Position numbers and translations under genes: made by a program. The notes beneath the pieces were generated by a model. The model did no database searches. It was not told the origin of the DNA and saw only the letters and a program-made list of their open reading frames with translations. A stretch of DNA of 63,942 bases, filler included, from Reclinomonas americana ATCC 50394 (taxonomy: Eukaryota), in NCBI GenBank assembly GCA_048213135.1. It is 15 parts of 15 records of this genome, joined end to end, with 100 filler letters (N's around TTAATTAATTAA, not from the genome) between each part and the next. Parts side by side here need not be neighbours in the genome. Positions count along the whole stretch, not along the records: positions 37,895 to 41,965 come from AFZH01017927.1; positions 42,066 to 43,281 come from AFZH01017928.1; positions 43,382 to 54,170 come from AFZH01017929.1; 12 more parts are not named here. One strand, given 5' to 3'. Shown here piece by piece: positions 39,266 through 51,200 of this stretch (the first letter of the stretch is position 1; each line of letters starts with the position of its first letter).

Positions 39266-39750
39266 CTTCTCTGGTTCCTATGCATATGCAGCTGCCATGC
39301 AGGAATCGATCGCGTTCGCGATATCGAAATATTTATATTGAATTAATTCCATGCAGCGGTCCCAGGATCGCAGCTGGCAAGCCCACCACCCCCACTTCCT
39401 GTGCGCCGCCTCATTTATGCAGACTTCTCTCTGTTTCCTTGCACATATGCTGTCTGCATATGCAGCTCCGCGTGTCATACGGGAATCGATGTATCGCAAT
39501 CGATATTTCCGCGATCGCGATGTATTCGCAGCTGTTCCAGGATCGCAGCGGGCAAGAAGCCCTCCATCCGCGCTTCCTGTGCGCCGCCTCATTTATGCCG
39601 ACTTCTCTCTGGTTCCTGTGCATATGCGGTCTGCATGTTGTGCAGCGCAGCGCAGCGCGACGTGCGGGTATCAATGTATCACGATCGATATTTGCGCATA
39701 TAGATGTCCCCGAATCGCCTTCCATTCCCGCTTCCTGTGCGCCGCCGCCG
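39266..39750. repeat. About 3 degenerate direct repeats (~160-180 nt) in the divergent intergenic region
   Basis: cttcctgtgcgccgcc at ~39395, 39573 and 39731; cttctct..g[g/t]ttcct.tgc..at at ~39266, 39424 and 39602. Confidence 0.8.
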
Positions 39751-40480
39751 TCACCTTGCAGCACACCATACCGTGCGCTCTTTGTAGCCGTCCTGCCACG
39801 TGCACTGCGTCACCCACTCTGGAGAAAGAAGAAATAAATGCAGTTTTATTGATGTACTTCGCGCGCAAAGAATTGTATGTGTACATGTACAATTCGTCTC
39901 GCTCACTTCTCAATCTACTCACCGCGGCACCGCCACGAGCCGCAGTGGCAATTGGCCGCCATTGAAAAACCAGGCAGGGAAAACAGGCAATATGGTCACC
40001 GCGCGTCCGAACACCTCACACAAAGCGCGTGAACACAGCGCATGCGACGTTCTACCCGCTCCCAAACGCGACACACCTTAACTGCCACACATATAGAAAC
40101 AAACGCGTCACGGTACCCACACACCGCCATCGTGTCTTGTCCATCCACATTTGGAATGTGCGACGACCGCACCAAATAAAAGTCCTGTGTGTGTGCATAT
40201 ACTAGTCTGCTTTTCGCGCACGCACACCTCGCTCCACTCTCTCACTCTCTCGCACACGCGCGCTCTCCTCCTCGCCACTCACTGTGTGAGTGTGTGTGTA
40301 TGTGTGCACACTCACATTGACACACACACACACGCGCACACACAACTGGCAATTACAGCTTGTCTACTATCACAGTATCTCCATCGTGGCTGCTCTGTGT
40401 CTCTCACGCACACACACACTCTCTCTCTCACACGCACGCACGCGCACACACATACTGAGACAAAAGAACATCATTGGTGA

Positions 40481-41965
40481 ATGAGTCGACACGTGATCGA
40501 AGTGACATCATCAGCAGCAGCAACTCCAGAAGCAGACAGAGGAGAATCTGCGTTGCCTATTCACCAACTTTCCTCCTCCGCATCATCACGTCAACAGCAA
40601 CAACAACACCAACAACAACAACAAGGGGAATCTGTCACGACTACCACGACTACCACGACACCTACCCGTGCCTTATCCGCACCTGCAGGTGGCGGAGGTC
40701 GTGCACATGAGGAAGCACGTGTTGCTGTAACTGGTGATGATGATGCTGATGATGATGATGATGGGCTGAATGAGCCGGTCTATGAGGAGCGCAAGTCGCG
40801 GTTCAGCAAGGCGCAGGCATGTCGTCCCCCACGTTCTGTACACGCGCGCGAGACTTTGAGGGGAGCGGAGGCTGATGACGTGTAAGCACAGGTGGGATTC
40901 TTGCGCAAGATGTTTGAGACGCAGAGCTACCCGGACCGTGCGGAGCGGCAGGCGCTGGCCGTGCGGCTGGGCACGACGGCGAGCAAGATCAGCAATTGGT
41001 TTCAGAACACGCGGTCGCGCGTGAGCAGGGAGCGGCGCAAGGAGCAGGAGCAGGAGTTGTTGGAGAGCGTGCGGCAGCAGCTGATGGCGCAGCAGCGGAA
41101 ACAGCAGGAGCAGCCGCAGCAGCAGGAGGGGGGAGGACGCATTACGTTGTCGCCGGCACGTAAGCGAGCGCGATCGGTGCCGCCGGTGCAGGCGGCAGTA
41201 ATGTCGCCGCCGTTGCCGATGCGAGGCAGTGTTAGCGGGGATGAGTCGACGTTGAGCGATGGGTCTGTGTCGCCACCGCCGCTGAAGCGGCGCGCTGTGG
41301 ACCACCGACACCAGCTGCAGCAGCCGTGTGCGCATTGCGGGCAGGATCAGAAACCGGCCATCACGGCTTACGACGGCGACTTGTTTCGTGACTATCGCAT
41401 GACGGCGGAGGAGATGAACGCGGAGGCGGAGGCGTTTGTGGCGGCGGTGATTGTGGCGCACCCGGCGTTGGCGCTGTCGGCCGAGTTGACGGCCGTGGTG
41501 TGCGCCGCCGAGGCCATGAAGTACCAGTTGCGCGCCGATGCGTTCCGCAACCATGCCGCTGTCGTGGCGCAACTGGCGGCGATGGAAAGCACGCCGCAGC
41601 AGCAGCAACAGCACGTGGCTGGCGTGGACGAGTGGGGCGCGCAGCATGTCGAGTCCATCCCACCCATGCACGAGCTGCTGGCGGGGATCAAGATTCGCCG
41701 AGGCAGTGGTGGCGGCGTCGTTGCTCCTGTTCCCCCGCCACCTCCTGCGCCTCCTCCTCCTCCCGCCGCAGTGACCACTACACCTACAAGAGACGGCGGT
41801 GACAGAGGCAGAGGGCCCACCATTGCCGCGCACCTGGCGGTCGGTGGCGGCGGTGGTGTGTTTGGACAGGCGCTAATGGTGCCACACGCTTTGATGGCCT
41901 CGCCGGTCTCGGTGCGCCTGCTGCAGCAACAGCAAATGCAACACCAGCAGCAGCAGCTGCAGCAA
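40481..41965 (+). CDS. Homeodomain protein (non-TALE, Q50) with Q/P-rich tail; 3' end in gap
   Basis: Removing the GC-AG intron 40817-40891 gives ERKSRFSKAQ|VGFLRKMFETQSYPDRAERQALAVRLGTTASKISNWFQNTRSRVSR. Confidence 0.9.
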
Positions 41966-42065
41966 NNNNNNNNNNNNNNNNNNNNNNNNNNNNNNNNNNN
42001 NNNNNNNNNTTAATTAATTAANNNNNNNNNNNNNNNNNNNNNNNNNNNNNNNNNNNNNNNNNNNN

Positions 42066-42163
<98 letters not shown>

Positions 42164-43381
42164 CTTCTCATTCTTCCTGCATGCATGTCTGTCTGTCTCT
42201 GCCTGTCTCTCTCACACGCACTCTCATTCTCTCTCTCTCTCTGTCTGTGTGTGTCTTACTCTTCTCATTCCTTGCATGCATGTCTGTCTCTGCCTGTCTC
42301 TCTCACACGCACTCTCATTCTCTCTCTCTCTCTGTCTGTGTGCGTCTTACTCTTCTTGTCTCTCTCTCTCTCTCTCTCTCTGTGTGCATTTCTCCGAGCA
42401 CTGTCTCTCTCTCTCTCACCCGAGGGAATGTCGCGCACACACTCTGAGAGGATGTATCCCACCGGAGTCGCAGTGTAGCCCTCTGGAGCAGCTGAGGCAC
42501 ACCATACGTGCACAAGAAGCAAGAGGAATGCGAGGAAAATGGGGGTCAACGCGCGCATTTTTTCTCTTTGACTGATTGCAATCAAGAGGACACAGAGGAG
42601 GACTCAAGCAGTTCTCTTGATAGAGCTCCTCAAGTAGTATACAAAAACACCTGCTGTCTATCGCGTATTTGCTTGCTCGTTCTCAGAGAGACTCGACATG
42701 AGGGAACTTCGCTCCGGTTCTGCATGGCAACATTCCAATAATGCGACAAACGTCCACGAATCCCTTGCCGACAATGACCTTGGCACACCAACAATATACA
42801 AAGCACATAGGGTTCTCCCTCATCAACACCAATTCTGTCACCAACAAGCAAGCAACAGCTGTCTTGATGACCAAGTCTAACCTGTTATAGCACAGCAACG
42901 TGATCCAAACGATCATGACATCTCCTGTGAAGCGCAGCAATGATTGACATCCCATGACCACCTGTAGAGCAATCACGACACTCCTTTCGCATTCCTCTTC
43001 CCTCTCTCCCCTGCTCCTCCCTTCTCGTACAAGCACGGCACTCTCTCGTGTGTTGTACATTTCCAAATCGCATTCGTTTCTGTTTCAAAAACTGTGTTAC
43101 AGCTTATTGCTGCACAAGCAACGAGTGAGTGAGACAAACGCGCCATGCCATGCGCACACATCGATCAACAACATACCTCACACTCGTCGAGCACCTCGGT
43201 CACCATCTGGTCCAAAATGCCGACGTCGACCTCCTCCGTGGCCAGCACAAAGGCATAGGCGTCGACCACACGGCGGACCAANNNNNNNNNNNNNNNNNNN
43301 NNNNNNNNNNNNNNNNNNNNNNNNNTTAATTAATTAANNNNNNNNNNNNNNNNNNNNNNNNNNNNNNNNNNNNNNNNNNNN

Positions 43382-44750
43382 CGGTCCTCCTCAGCATCGC
43401 ACTCGCCGCACCGACGTTCGGCAATGGTGGTTCCGGGACGGCAGCAGCAACCACTGGCTCCGGCTCCACCGGCGCAGGTGGTGCCGGTGGCTTCGGCGCC
43501 GTCCTCCTCAGCATCGCACTCGCTGCACCAACGTTCGGCAATGGTGGCTCCGGGACGGCAGCAGCAACCACTGGCTCCGGCTCCACCGGCGCAGGTGGTG
43601 CTGCTGGCTTCGGCGCGGTCCTCCTCAGCATCGCGCTCGCCGCACCGATGTTTGGCAATGGTGGTTCGGGGGCAGCAGCCGAGGCAGCAGCAACCACTGG
43701 CTCCGGCTCCATCGGGGCAGGTGGTGCCGGTGGCTTCGGCGCGGTCCTCCTCAGCATCGCACTCGCCGCACCGATATTCGGCAGTGGTGGTTCGGGTGTG
43801 GCAGCAGCAACAACTGGCTCCGGTTCCACTGGCGCAGGTGGCGCTGCCGGCTTCGGCGCGGTCCTCCTCAGCATCGCGCTCGCCGCACCGATGTTTGGCA
43901 ATGGTGGTTCGGGGGCAGCAGCCGAGGCAGCAGCAACCACTGGCTCCGGCTCCATCGGGGCAGGTGGTGCCGGTGGCTTTGGTGCCGTCCTCCTCAGCAT
44001 CGCACTCGCCGCACCAATATTTGGCAGTGGTGGTTCAGGGGCAGCAGCCGAGGCAGCAGCAACCACTGGCTCCGGTTCCGCCGGCGCAGGTGGTGCTGCT
44101 GGCTTCGGCGCGGTCCTCCTCAGCATCGCGCTCGCCGCACCGATATTCGGCAGTGGTGGTTCAGGGGCAGCAGCCGAGGCAGCAGCAACCACAGGCTCCG
44201 GTTCCGCCGGCGCAGGTGGTGCCGGTGGCTTCGGTGCCGTCCTCCTCAACATCGCACTGGCCGCACCAATGTTTGGCAATGGTGGTTCCGGTGCGGCAGC
44301 CGAGGCAGCAACCACTGGCTCCGGCTCCACCGGTGCTGGTGGTGCTGCTGGCTTTGGTGCCGTCCTCCTCAGCATCGCACTCGCCGCACCGATGTTTGGC
44401 AGTGGTGGTTCAGGGGCAGCAGCCGAGGCAGCAGCAATCACTGGCTCCGGCTCCACCGGTGCAGGTGGCGCTGCGGGCTTCGGCGCAGTCCTCCTCAACA
44501 TCGCACTGGCCGCACCAATGTTTGGCAATGGTGGTTCGGGAGCAGCGACAGGTGCAGGCGGTTCCACCGGCGCAGGTGGTGCTGCAGGCTTTGGTGCCGT
44601 TCTCCTCAGCATCGCACTCGCCGCACCAACATTGGGCAGTGGTGGTTCAGGGGCAGGGACGGAAGCCGGTGGTGGAGGCGGCTTTGGTGCCGTTCTCCTC
44701 AACATTGCGCTCGCCGCGCCAACATTGGGCAGCGGCGGTTCGGGGGCCGC
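43382..44750 (-). repeat. Coding tandem repeat, 90-126 nt unit, 12 copies before the gap
   Basis: Units differ mainly at third codon positions in the minus-strand frame and by multiples of 3 nt. Confidence 0.92.
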
Positions 44751-47720
44751 CACCACTGGCGCAGCAACAACAGGTGAAGGCGGCTGGCCACCCGAGGGGG
44801 AGCCGGTGGTGCGCAAATTGGCAGTGCGGCTCATCAGCGCCGACGCACGAGAGGCGACCATTTCTGCGGCGTTATCAGCATCACATCAACAGCAATGAAG
44901 TGCACAACATTGCAAGACAAACCAGCGTGTGCCGACATTGGTCGTGCCGGAGCGCTCGATGCAACCACGGCAGCGTCATTTCCCACAAGCTGCGACGCAG
45001 TGGAACCAGGTGGAGTGAGCGGCAGAGGCTGAGACTCGGCACGGCTGGCGACGCTTGCTCGCATGGCCAAAACCGCGGGGTCCGTCTGCTCCGTCAGCAG
45101 CATCCGCTCAGCGGCACTCATTGACGACTCTGTAACATCACCTCAGCGACAGTCACTTCAAACATCACAAACTCTTATTCAACAAACCATCGTCCTCCGA
45201 CTGCACGGGTCGTCGGGTGGACGCGGCGGAAGGTGGAGTGGTGGACTGCGCGATCCCCGCCGAACGGGGAGGCGAGCGGCGCAGCGGACGAACCGGCAGC
45301 ACATCTTCATCCTCTGTTGACAAGCAACATGAGCGACTTGCAGAAATGGAGGCGCAACAAAAAGAACTGCAAAACGTACCGAGGTATTCGGACTCGTCAA
45401 AGAACTCCTCGCCAGCCACGTGGTACATGGGCGACACGAGACGCGATACTGCACAAGAGCAATGAGCAGTCTTTCTCAGCCCAAAGTTAACCTGTGTCAA
45501 AAGACAACGAGCGCAACGGTCGCGAATGGAAGTGAATGTACGTGGTGTCAGCATGGTGAATGCTGGTCCCTCCACCGGCATGCGCGCTGTCAACGCGCGG
45601 ATCTCGTCAAGCGACGCCGACGGCTCCAAGCCCGTCATTTGACGCACTTGCTCTGCCGTCACAACACGATGAGCTGACAATGGTCAACCGCAATCCACAA
45701 CACCAATCTACACGCACCCATATCCTCCAGCATGAGCGCGGCGTCGGCGTGCGAGAACAAAGGATCGGCGGCAAGCGGTGAGCTGCAGCATCATTATTTC
45801 AACCGTCAGGCACTTACACAAGATTCTCACGGAAAAAGAATGACGCAACCCCCAGTCGCCCAGAGAGTCGCCTGACCGATTGAGTGGACTGCGGGGCGAC
45901 AGCACCGAGGCCGCTCCCACCACCACATTCGTCGGCGCCGGTGGCGGCATCGCATGGGTGGCCGTGGGTACCTGTTGCTGGTGTTGTTGCTGCTGGTGCT
46001 GCTGTTGTGATGCCGATGAAGGCGGCGAGGTGACCGAGGTGGCGCCGGTGCCGTGCTTCTCCACCTGCAACTGCAAGTACAGCAGCATCATGTCCTCGAC
46101 GGGGATCTGCAAATAGCAGAGCAAAGTGAGCGTCGCGCATGTAGATAACAACTGAGTGCGAGACGCAACTCCAGGCTTGCGCCGCGGCGAGGTAATGTCG
46201 GATTCCGACATGGTGCCAGACGATGGTCCACCACGAGGCGATGCGAGCGGCGAGTTGCCACGCGAGCGCATCTCCTGACGCAGAGTGCGCAACACGTCGG
46301 CACGCACACGCGCACCCTCGGGGTCGGTCGGTGCCGTCACAAACTGATCCAACAGAGCCGAGACACCGTCGGCCGCCTGCATCGGCGGCACCTCAGTGTG
46401 CACCGTCGACGGCAGTGGAGGTACCGCAGCACGATGCACGGTCACCAAATCGCCACCCGGCGTGTACACCTCGTGCTGCTCGTGTCCGTACGCCTCCACA
46501 GGCTCCACATCTTTCGAACCGGCCAGCGCCTCAGCAAAACTCCCAGAGTACGACGGTGCTTGGCGCGCGGTCGATGCCACAGAATTCTCCGGCTGCACAT
46601 TGACATGCACGCTGCTCTCCACCACCACACGCTGCTTCGTCGAGTCCCACACACTGCGCACCGTCGGTGGCGAGTTGCCACTGACTGCCCGCGGCGACTG
46701 ACGTTGCGGAGGCGACGATGCGGAAGCACCTGCGGAGGACTTGGATCGCGGAGTAATCCCTCCTCGCGCAGCCAGCTGCTGCAGCCGCGGCGACAGCATC
46801 TGATCGGCCAGCAACGGAGCTGCCGTCTCTTCGTCCAGCGAATCGGTCTGTATGCAAATGAGCACGAGGAGGGACAGAGAGCAAAGGAGAGTGATCACTC
46901 ACCTCGACCGCTCGCCGCGCATTGCGGAGCATCTGCAGCTGCTGCAACAACTCCTGCTGCTGCTGCTCCCACGCGCGCGAGATGGCCGTCCGCGGAACAT
47001 GATGATGATGGTGGTGGTGTTGATGATGCGCATGCAACTGATGCCGCGAAGGCCGCGGCTGCCCGAGCGCCAATCGCGGCACCACCGAAGCACCAGCTCC
47101 GCCCACTTCATCACCGCCAGCACCGTCCTCCTCGTCGTCCTCGTCGCCCCAATCCGAATCACTGTCCATTATCGGCTCCGCATCGCCGCCACTCTGCTGT
47201 CGCTCAGCCGCCACCATCAATCTAACCATCGCACGCGCGCGCATGAGCAACACAAACAACAACAAGAGAGTGGCGCAGGGCGGACACAACACGAAACGCT
47301 GCAGAGGACGGGGACAACGACTTGCGAATGCGCATCGACTGGACCTTGCACGACACCGAGCGCCCACGCATACGATCAATCAACGTCGACGTTGCTTCCT
47401 GCAGCGGAACCGCCAACACACCATCGTCGACGTTTCGCGGCGGCAACGTCGAGCTTCGCGGCTGTTGCTGCTGACCGGCGGTCGGCGTCCCACCGCTGCT
47501 AAACGGCGATGCGTAGCCGCTGTCGTGCGAGAGCGGAGAGTGCGCTCCTGACGAGGAAGACGCCGGTGGAGGCGATGTCGCCGTCATGCCGGACATCGCA
47601 GCCGAGGGCGGTGTCTTGGGCGCAATGGGCGGAGGAATGGGCGCAGGCGGAGGAGGAGGAGGTGGCGCAGAGGCCACTGGTCGCGCACCACGTTGCAGAC
47701 CAACCACACGCGCGCGTCTG
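43382..47720 (-). CDS. Low-complexity proline-rich protein with at least 12 tandem WH2-like repeats
   Basis: About 9 phase-compatible exons joining the ORFs that end at 47222, 46531, 45708, 45165, 44834 and 43326. Repeat unit PEPPLPN[I/V]GAASAMLRRTAPKP. The start codon is uncertain (possibly 47827). A probable further exon lies at 43281-43177 (LVRRVVDAYAFVLATEE). Confidence 0.7.
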
Positions 47721-48294
47721 AGTGCGCGATCAAAAGTGAGAATGTCGGAAAAACACACACGCACGCACACGCACGCACGCCCCCAACGAGACACCGGGCG
47801 CACACCACACTGGGGTCTCACTCTCATGCCACCAGTCTCTCAACAACCAACATGAATATTGCTCTTCTTTGCTCGCCTCTCTCTCTCTCTCTCGCTCGCT
47901 CTGTCTCTCTCTCATTGCTGCTGCTCGCCCTACTCACCCGCGCATAGTTGCACCTCCACGCGCTGCAGAGGCCACCGCAAGACCACCCCTCCGCGGTGAC
48001 GACGACATGGACAATTGCACACAGAGTGGACAGTCGCTCGCAACCACTCAACTGTCCACCTCTATTACAAAGAACCGCCTTGGGTGTGCTCAGCGAGTTT
48101 TTAGAGAGTGTGTATTTGTGTGTGATTGCGTTGTTGCGATTGAGAAACACGTCTTCTTGGTGTCATGGACAATCCGCCAAAGTGGACAGTCGCTCGCCTC
48201 TCGGGCAACTGTCCATTCCCATCACAGCGCCTCCTCGCCTTTGTGCGCTCAGTGTGTGTTTGTCTGTGTGTGAGAGTGTGTGTGTTTGTGTGAG

Positions 48295-51200
48295 ATGGCC
48301 TCGTCGCACTTGTCACCGAGTGTGACTCAACTGCAAAAGGCGCTGTTGTATCAGGCTGAGATTTTGCATCTGCGCGGTCGAAGGTTCTCTATGTCTTTGT
48401 CTCTCATGAGTGTGCTTTGCGTGTATGTGTGTGTGTGCTCACTGTGTGCGGTTATGTGTATGTTTCAATAGGGCGTTGACTCGAGGCAAAGTTGCGGCTG
48501 TGACACAGAGCGCCATTTCGTTCAACACGCGCACTCGTCCTTTCTCTGCAACGACTCTCTCTCTCTCTTGTCACCAAGTCTTTCTCTCTCTCACTCACTC
48601 TGCGCTTGTCTCTGTGCGTGCGTGTGTGCGTGTGCGAATGAGAGAGGAAGAGTGCACGCTGCTTGCATATGCATCAGTGTTGTGCTTGTCTCTTGCACAG
48701 TGAGACAAGTCGCGTGATTCATGCCTCTTGTGCTCGTTGTCTGTGTGTGTGTGAGCGCGCGTGTCTAGTCACTCGCACACTCTCATGCACTTTGCGCTCT
48801 TTCTCTCACGCACTCACGCGATATCGAATCTCACCTTGCACGCACGCTGCTGCACATTCACAGTCGCACTCATTGCCACACACACACGCACGCGCACACA
48901 CACACGACGACATTCGTGCACATATTTTGTGTGTTGTTCGCGCCATGTCGCTCATCTCTTTTCCTTCTTCGTCTTTTGTGTGTAGGATCGCAAGAAGGTC
49001 CAAACGCAGATCGATGTCTACAGTGAAATGGTGGCGGAGACGGGCATGGCCGATCGCGTGCAGCGACTGACCGATACGGAAATTGCACGCATGCTGGAGA
49101 AGATCTCGTCGCGGTCAGTTGGCCTCACGCACACACACACACTTCTCTCCTCTGTTGTCTCTCTCTCTGGCATTCGTTGTGGCATAGGTAGCTCATGTGG
49201 AGGGCATCGCTCCTGGCCCCTAGACTCCGCTGATCTGAGAGCTGCACTGCTTCTCTCTCCTCCCCTCTTGGCTTTCCACAAGCAGCCTCTCTCTACCTGC
49301 TGTGTTGCATCGCTCTTCGCCTCTGCTCCCTTTTACTCGATCTTGCTTGCAATCATCGTTTCACAACCAGCCTCTCTACCTGCTGTGTTGCATCGCTCTT
49401 CGCCTCTACTCCTCTCTGCTTCCCCTTTTCTCGGTCCTGCTTGCAATCATCTTTGCGCAACCAGCTTCTCGATCCGAGAGCTTTGTGCATCGCTTCTTGC
49501 TTCTCTACTCCTCTCTTCTTCCCCATTACTCGATCTTGCTTTCAATCATCGTTTCACAACCGGCTCGTCAACCTGAGAGCTACACTGCATCGCTCCTGGC
49601 CTCTCCACTCTTCTCTTCTTCCCCTTTTCTCGATCCCGCTTGCAATCATCGTTGCGCAACCAGCCTCTATACCTTAGAGAAGTGTTGCTTCGATGTTGGC
49701 CTCTTCTTCCCTTTACCCGATCACGCATTGCAGTCACCGTTCACCGTTGCACAACCAGCTTCTCGAACCGAGAGCTGTGTTGCTTCGTTGTTGGCCTCTT
49801 CTCCCCTTTACTCGATCACGCATCGCAGTCACCGTTCACCGTTGCACAACCAGCTTCTCGAACCGAGAGCTGTGTTGCATCGCTCCTCGCCTCTCCTCCC
49901 CTCTTCTCCCTCGCGCTTTGCATTCATCTTCGCGCAAACAACCTCTCGATTTCAGAGCTGGTGTTGCATCGCTCCTGGCCCCTCCTCCCCTTCACTCGAT
50001 CCCGCTTGCATTCATCGTTTTCACAAGCGCCTTTCCTCTTTGTATGCTCTTTGCCCTTTCCTGCCTCTCTCACCCTCCTCCCTCCCTCCCTATCTCGCTC
50101 CACAGAGGCGCGGACTGCGACTTGACCGAGGTCCTCGCGCTATCGCCGATGAGCTCACCGGCGATTGGGCAATCGGTGACGGCTGCGTCGGTGGCGGCAT
50201 ACCAGCACCATCACCACCACGACGATGGCGACGATGATGACGATGCAGAGGAGCTGGCGCCGAATGGCGGCGATCGCAAGGCGATGATGGCCAATGGCAT
50301 CGCGCCGCGCGCACCCACTCCCAAGGTGTGTGCTTACTCCCTCTTTGTATGTGTGTTTATGCGTTTCGCGTCACTCACCGCGCCTCCGCAGACCGTGTCC
50401 CCGCCCAAGTCGTCTGCCCCAGCACCACCGCCACCAGCAGCCGCAGGAGCGCCACCGCGCTCAATGGGCTCCGTCGACGAGATGATGAACGATCAGCTGA
50501 CGGTGGAGCTCGGCGGCGCCAAGTACACCTTCTCGGTCGAGGAGACGCACAGCCTGCGCCTCATGTTCCAGTCGCAGTTTGATCAGGTGCGGCTGGAGCG
50601 CGATGAGCTGCGTCGTGCGGTGGAGGAGCTGTTGGAGCAGACGAAACGTGGCGAGGCGCGAGAGCGCGATGCTCTGGCGAGGGAGAGGGAGGCGCATCAG
50701 CGCGAGGCGGCCGCACAGGACCGCGCACGCGATCTGATTGCCGCTCTCGAGAAGCTCAAGGCGCACGAGTCGCGCGTGGCGCAGGACAGTCGCGAGGCCT
50801 GGTTGCAGGTCGACCAGTTGCGCCGCGATGTTGAGCGTCTGCGCAACAGCCAGTCGGAGGACCAGCTGCGGCGGGAGATTGATCGTCTGGTGACGGAGCG
50901 CGATGCGGCGCAAGAGCACTCGCGCAAGCTCACTCGCCAGGTCGACCTGCTGCGCCAGCAGATGCTCAACTCGGCGACGCCGTCGCGTGCCCACAGTGTG
51001 CCCGTCGTTGCGTCCTCCATTCCGCGACGTCTCTTCCTGCCATTTTAGCGCTTACTTTTTTTTCGCTGGCAGAGCACCGAGGCCGACGTGTTGAACTCGA
51101 GCGACGAGCTGGACCCGATGAGCAGCGACAATGACTCGCTGGCGGAGGATGCGGCGGCGGTGACGGCACCGGTTGGTCGCTCTTCTGCGGCCCCCGCTGC

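Noticed and set aside
43424..45124. Long plus-strand ORFs (566 and 416 aa) over the repeat array
   Set aside because: They are antisense shadows of a GC-rich coding repeat; splice signals and upstream exons support the minus strand.
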